This document shows positions 28,509-32,000 of a stretch of 32,000 nt of DNA, piece by piece (the stretch's first letter is position 1; the number at the start of each line of letters is the position of its first letter). This stretch comes from Cylindrospermopsis raciborskii Cr2010 (GTDB lineage Bacteria > Cyanobacteriota > Cyanobacteriia > Cyanobacteriales > Nostocaceae): NCBI RefSeq assembly GCF_003367075.2, contig NZ_CP065936.1:3540001-3572000 (forward strand). The letters are read 5' to 3'. The position numbers and the translations under genes are program-made. The notes beneath the pieces were generated by a model, which saw only the letters and a list, made by a program, of their open reading frames with translations, was not told where the DNA came from and searched no databases.

Positions 28509-29540
28509 ATGCGCATTACTATTGGAAGGATCAAAAAAGTCATTAAATATTGCTCTACAATACTTGAAAGGCAAATTCTGATTCCACTAAAGATCAAGTT
28601 CTCCTCAACGGAGTCCGCAATTATCACAGAATTCATTTATCATGGCAATAACCACGGATTTAATTCGTGTGTTCTTTTTTGTCACTATAATAAGCATGGG
28701 TTGATTTTAGACCAAGTCAAAGAACTTTGTTTGTTTTTTCAGTTACAAGGTATAGACGTTATATTTTTGACGACAAAGTTGTCTGATGAGTCAAAAGAGT
28801 GGGTAGAAAAAAACCTATCAGCTTTAATAATCAGAAGAAATATAGGACGAGACTTCGGTGCGTGGAAAGATGGTATTGCTTTCCTGAATAAACAATCTTT
28901 ATTTAGCTCTTGTTCTCAGTTGTACCTGATCAACGATAGTGTAGTCTTGTTAGGAGATAATCTCAAAAGTACTCGTTTCCAATCTCAGTTCATTGATGAT
29001 ACTAAGACTGATATGATAGGTCTTACAGAGTCTTGGCAAATAGCCTACCACCTGCAATCTTATTTTTTGAAGTTCAACAAAACTGTGCTTCAATCTAAAC
29101 TCTTTCTCAAGTATTGGCATGATTATCCTATCATAAACTCCCGTTTGTTCTCGATAGAGAAGGGGGAAATTGGCTTATCACAATTGTTACTAAATAATGG
29201 GTATCAGTTGAAGTCAGTGTACCCTATCATGGAGTTGGTCGCCAAGGAAAACATTGAGAGTTTTTTTATTAGTCTGTCAGGTATTCCAAATCAGTGTTTG
29301 ATAGAATTGATTCCACAGTTGTTTAATGAGTTTTTTCAAGTAAATTTTCATGAGATGAACCCTTCACATAGGTTATGGCCTTTGCTTTTGGTTGCAGGTT
29401 GTCCAGTTTTAAAAAGGGATTTGATTCAAAAAAATACTGAGAATTTGATCTCGATGCACTATTGCATGTGCATTTTTACAAAATGTATTAAGAACTCAAA
29501 AGCAAAAGAAATTTTTCTCCAGTCTCTTTCCCACTTATAA
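28509..29540 (+). CDS. rhamnan synthesis protein F (RgpF)-like glycosyltransferase
   Basis: FCHYNKHG...VIFLTT...RRNIGRDFGAWKDGIAFL...LINDSV...YHLQSYFLKFNKTVLQSKLFLKYW matches my recollection of the RgpF-family blocks (N-x-G-x-DFG-x-WK, HLQSYF). It starts 4 nt after the upstream stop. Confidence 0.6.
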   Translation: MRITIGRIKKVIKYCSTILERQILIPLKIKFSSTESAIITEFIYHGNNHGFNSCVLFCHYNKHGLILDQVKELCLFFQLQGIDVIFLTTKLSDESKEWVEKNLSALIIRRNIGRDFGAWKDGIAFLNKQSLFSSCSQLYLINDSVVLLGDNLKSTRFQSQFIDDTKTDMIGLTESWQIAYHLQSYFLKFNKTVLQSKLFLKYWHDYPIINSRLFSIEKGEIGLSQLLLNNGYQLKSVYPIMELVAKENIESFFISLSGIPNQCLIELIPQLFNEFFQVNFHEMNPSHRLWPLLLVAGCPVLKRDLIQKNTENLISMHYCMCIFTKCIKNSKAKEIFLQSLSHL

Positions 29541-29680
29541 ACTTGGAAATACCATGAAATTATACTAGGATTGCATGCTATAAATACTACTCTGCTCTTC
29601 AGTGTCCTGTATCTGTACATGAAAAGGTAAAAAAGTGATCCAATTTTATTTGATATTCAACTTTATTAAACTAACTAAAG

Positions 29681-30547
29681 ATGATTTATTTTATAACTGT
29701 TAATTATTACTGTGCCAATCTTATCAAGAAGTTAATCGACTCTATCTCTAATAATGCAAATCTTGACTACCAAATAATTATTGTCAATAACTCAAGTGAT
29801 GACGAGTCAATTTATAGCCTTAATAGTCCCTCAACTTTGATTATTGATGCTGACAAAAATCTCGGTTTTGGTTCTGCTTGTAATGTAGGTTTAGAGTGGG
29901 TTTATACCCAGGATAAAGAGGCAACAATTTGGATAATTAATCCCGATGCTTATTTTACAGACAATACTTTAGAGAGAGCTAGAACATTCTTACAGTCATA
30001 TCCAAAATTATCTATAATAGGCACTATTATTTATACACCTGCTGGAAAAATTTGGTTTGCTGGTGGCATTTTTACACCTGCAACTGGTGCGATTTTAGAG
30101 GTAAATGTATTGACAAATGATGCCATAGACTATGTCAATTGCGATTGGGTTTCTGGATGCAGTTTAATAATTAATTTGCGTAACTTCTCTGAATGTCCTT
30201 TATTTGATGATGCCTACTTCTTATATTATGAGGATTTTGATTTTTGTATGCGCTATGCTGATCAGGGACATTTAATAGCAATAACTAAACAATTAAGTGT
30301 CATACATCAACCATCATCAGTTACTAACAGAAATGTATTTAGAAAGATTAGATATAGTACCTATAGTTACTTATTAACGATAGATAAATACACAGATAAG
30401 TTAATATTTTACATTAGATTATTTCAACAAATAATTAAGGCAATCATGGGGCTACTTATAAGACCAAAAGCGGCTTTGGGCAAAATTTGTGGCATACTGG
30501 ATTATGTTTCGAATCATTATCAAAGAAAATCCTTATACAGGGAATGA
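29681..30547 (+). CDS. GT2 family glycosyltransferase (rhamnosyltransferase-like)
   Basis: FITVNYYCANLIKKLIDSI...IIIVNNSSDD...NLGFGSACNVG...NPDAYF...YYEDFDFCMR: classic GT-A/GT2 DxD-type layout. 288 aa. Confidence 0.8.
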   Translation: MIYFITVNYYCANLIKKLIDSISNNANLDYQIIIVNNSSDDESIYSLNSPSTLIIDADKNLGFGSACNVGLEWVYTQDKEATIWIINPDAYFTDNTLERARTFLQSYPKLSIIGTIIYTPAGKIWFAGGIFTPATGAILEVNVLTNDAIDYVNCDWVSGCSLIINLRNFSECPLFDDAYFLYYEDFDFCMRYADQGHLIAITKQLSVIHQPSSVTNRNVFRKIRYSTYSYLLTIDKYTDKLIFYIRLFQQIIKAIMGLLIRPKAALGKICGILDYVSNHYQRKSLYRE

Positions 30548-30777
30548 AAACACCTCCAAATTCGTCATCTCAGCAATTACTGATCAACCTATCGGTTATT
30601 CTCCCAACTGGTATTAGTAACTATGCTCTAAACCTCATTCCCTATTTAAAAACACTCCAACCGACCCTACTAACACCCAAAAACTACCCCAATTTTAACT
30701 GTTACCCCGTCCCCCCTAATCTCACCCCTGCACAGGGAATAAAACCCACATTCCGCACCCTAAGCTGTGACAGATAA
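30544..30777 (+). pseudogene. N-terminal fragment (77 codons) of a GT4-type glycosyltransferase
   Basis: MKTPP..LLINLSVILPTGISNYALNLIPYLKTLQPTLLTPKNYPNFNCYPVPPNLTPAQG matches the N-termini of roughly 370-400-aa cyanobacterial GT4 enzymes. It stops after 77 codons. ATG 30544 overlaps the GT2 TGA (ATGA). The ORF-track start at 30487 is TTG inside the GT2 gene. Confidence 0.5.
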
Positions 30778-30832
30778 AACAGGATCCTAATGTAGTACAT
30801 AATAACTAAAATCAATTCAAAAATTAGGGAGC

Positions 30833-31204
30833 TTAATGAGAATCAATAGCATTAATAGGGACATGGTGTGACAAAGTAAAGTTTAGTAACAAAAAAGAGA
30901 ATTGATAACCCTTTTTTCGCAGGTTCTGTGAAACGCCGACATATGCGACTATAATGCCATATATAATAGAGCTGTTGGGATACATTTTTTCTAGTATGGA
31001 TTCAATGAATGTGGTTAATATTATGCTTTGTAGGTGTTCTCGGAAGTTCTTCACAAAGTTGTCATCATAATCGGGTAATTGAGCATGATCTGGTAGGTTG
31101 GGGGGTTCCCCCCTGGAAAACCAACTTGTCATGTTGACTAGATCAATGTTATGGTAATAGGAATGGTAAGCATGGGGTCGCAACTTTAAACGGATGGGGA
31201 ACAA
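30833..31204 (-). pseudogene. degenerate N-terminal fragment of a Uma2-family (PD-(D/E)XK) endonuclease-like gene
   Basis: W.SRGEPPNLPDHAQLPDYDDNFVKNFREHLQSIILT..I resembles the conserved N-terminus (PP.LPDHTQLPESDGTFVKNFQEHPQS) of a cyanobacterial protein family usually annotated Uma2. The ORF is only 123 codons and the distal part looks degenerate. Confidence 0.45.
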
Positions 31205-31317
31205 CCGTAAAACTGCTTCGGTAGCAAGTTATGCCGACTGTACAGGTTCTGTTTTCAATCTTCCATATAATCAAGATACCCATTCTTAGATCAACAACCA
31301 TTGAGGAATAATTCATA

Positions 31318-32000
31318 ATGCAAAGTCTAAAATTTTGTCTTGGTAAAACCGAAAATCCTATTTTTTGCCCAATATGTGGATTCCCTAATGATGAAACTTT
31401 TTTAGAAGTTAAAACTTTTGATGCAGTTGTTAATAAAAATTATATTGATAATAGAGGTATAAAATGTTCTAATTGTCATTCTTTATTATGGGAGAAAAGC
31501 AAATTAATTGGTTACTTAACAGATGATGAAGATGCCAATGAGTTTTTTACAAACCATTATGTACTAGTAGGTTGCGGTATTGATTACGGAATAAACCTAC
31601 TATCGCGTCTCAAAGATAAAAACGGAAGCTTGCTTGAAGTAGGTTGCGGATTCGGATTTAATGTAGATTATTGGTCACGTAGGAATTATGGTAGTGCTTT
31701 GGGCTTAGAAGCTGCAAAATATGGAGACATTGGAAGACAATTGCTCGGTGCTAACATTATAAATAAATATTTAGACGTAAGTGATAATCCAATTGGATGT
31801 TTTGATATTGTCATTTCATCTGAAGTAATTGAGCATGTGGATGATCCAAAAAACTTTCTTGTTGCAATAAGAAAAAACATGAAAGATAACGGAATACTTA
31901 TTTTAACGACTCCATCTGCTGAATTTATCCAAGAGAACGAACCACTTAGTCTTATGTTAGCAGCTCTATCCCCTGGTTTTCATAACTTTATATTGTCAAT
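31318..32000 (+). CDS. class I SAM-dependent methyltransferase with N-terminal CxxC...CxxC zinc-ribbon, 3' end outside window
   Basis: Not in the supplied ORF track because it has no stop in the window. I translated frame 1 from ATG 31318 (GAGGA 10 nt upstream) with no stop through 32000. The product reads MQSLKFCLGKTENPIFCPICGF...KCSNCHS..., then LLEVGCGFGFNVDYW (motif I), then CFDIVISSEVIEHVDDPKNFLVAIRKNMKDNGILILTTP (motifs II/III). Confidence 0.75.
   Translation, partial: MQSLKFCLGKTENPIFCPICGFPNDETFLEVKTFDAVVNKNYIDNRGIKCSNCHSLLWEKSKLIGYLTDDEDANEFFTNHYVLVGCGIDYGINLLSRLKDKNGSLLEVGCGFGFNVDYWSRRNYGSALGLEAAKYGDIGRQLLGANIINKYLDVSDNPIGCFDIVISSEVIEHVDDPKNFLVAIRKNMKDNGILILTTPSAEFIQENEPLSLMLAALSPGFHNFILS

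Noticed and set aside
31686-31880. 64-aa minus-strand ORF
   Set aside because: It is antisense to the longer open-ended methyltransferase frame (31318-32000), which carries clear SAM-binding motifs.

Overview
The window reads as a chromosomal segment of a filamentous (Nostocales-like) cyanobacterium. Support: 13 copies by eye of the HIP1 octamer GCGATCGC, a PSRP-3/Ycf65 gene, a stand-alone ATP synthase beta-epsilon pair, and a group-1 sigma factor with a long acidic N-terminus. All family calls come from motif recognition by eye; no BLAST or HMM search was possible. About 18 kb in the middle (roughly 6.7-25.9 kb) is ordinary housekeeping: tldD, a HAD hydrolase, murG, ycf65, atpD-atpC, exbB-exbD, sppA, aroH, HU, cobD, sigA, gyrB and miaA. 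Two AT-richer accessory patches flank it. The left patch (0-6.6 kb) holds a partial sugar-nucleotide epimerase, an MGT-family GT1 glycosyltransferase translationally coupled to an ABCD/YddA-like ABC transporter, and two tail-to-tail DHA3-like MFS paralogs. The right patch (26-32 kb) holds a Wzm-like ABC-2 permease with no adjacent ATPase, followed by a low-GC, HIP1-free glycan cassette: an HxD...H protein, an RmlD-like reductase, an RgpF-like protein and a GT2. After that come a rearrangement scar (GT4 and Uma2-like gene fragments) and a zinc-ribbon SAM methyltransferase that runs off the window and is missing from the ORF track. The clearest special feature is a 153-aa mini-intein inside gyrB with all splicing blocks and no homing endonuclease domain. 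Other points worth a second look are a flavoprotein disulfide-reductase homolog that has lost its redox cysteines and is coupled to cobD, a stand-alone photolyase-N-like protein between the HAD hydrolase and tldD, and a structured 648-nt spacer upstream of sigA. I found no rRNA, tRNA, CRISPR array or intact IS element.
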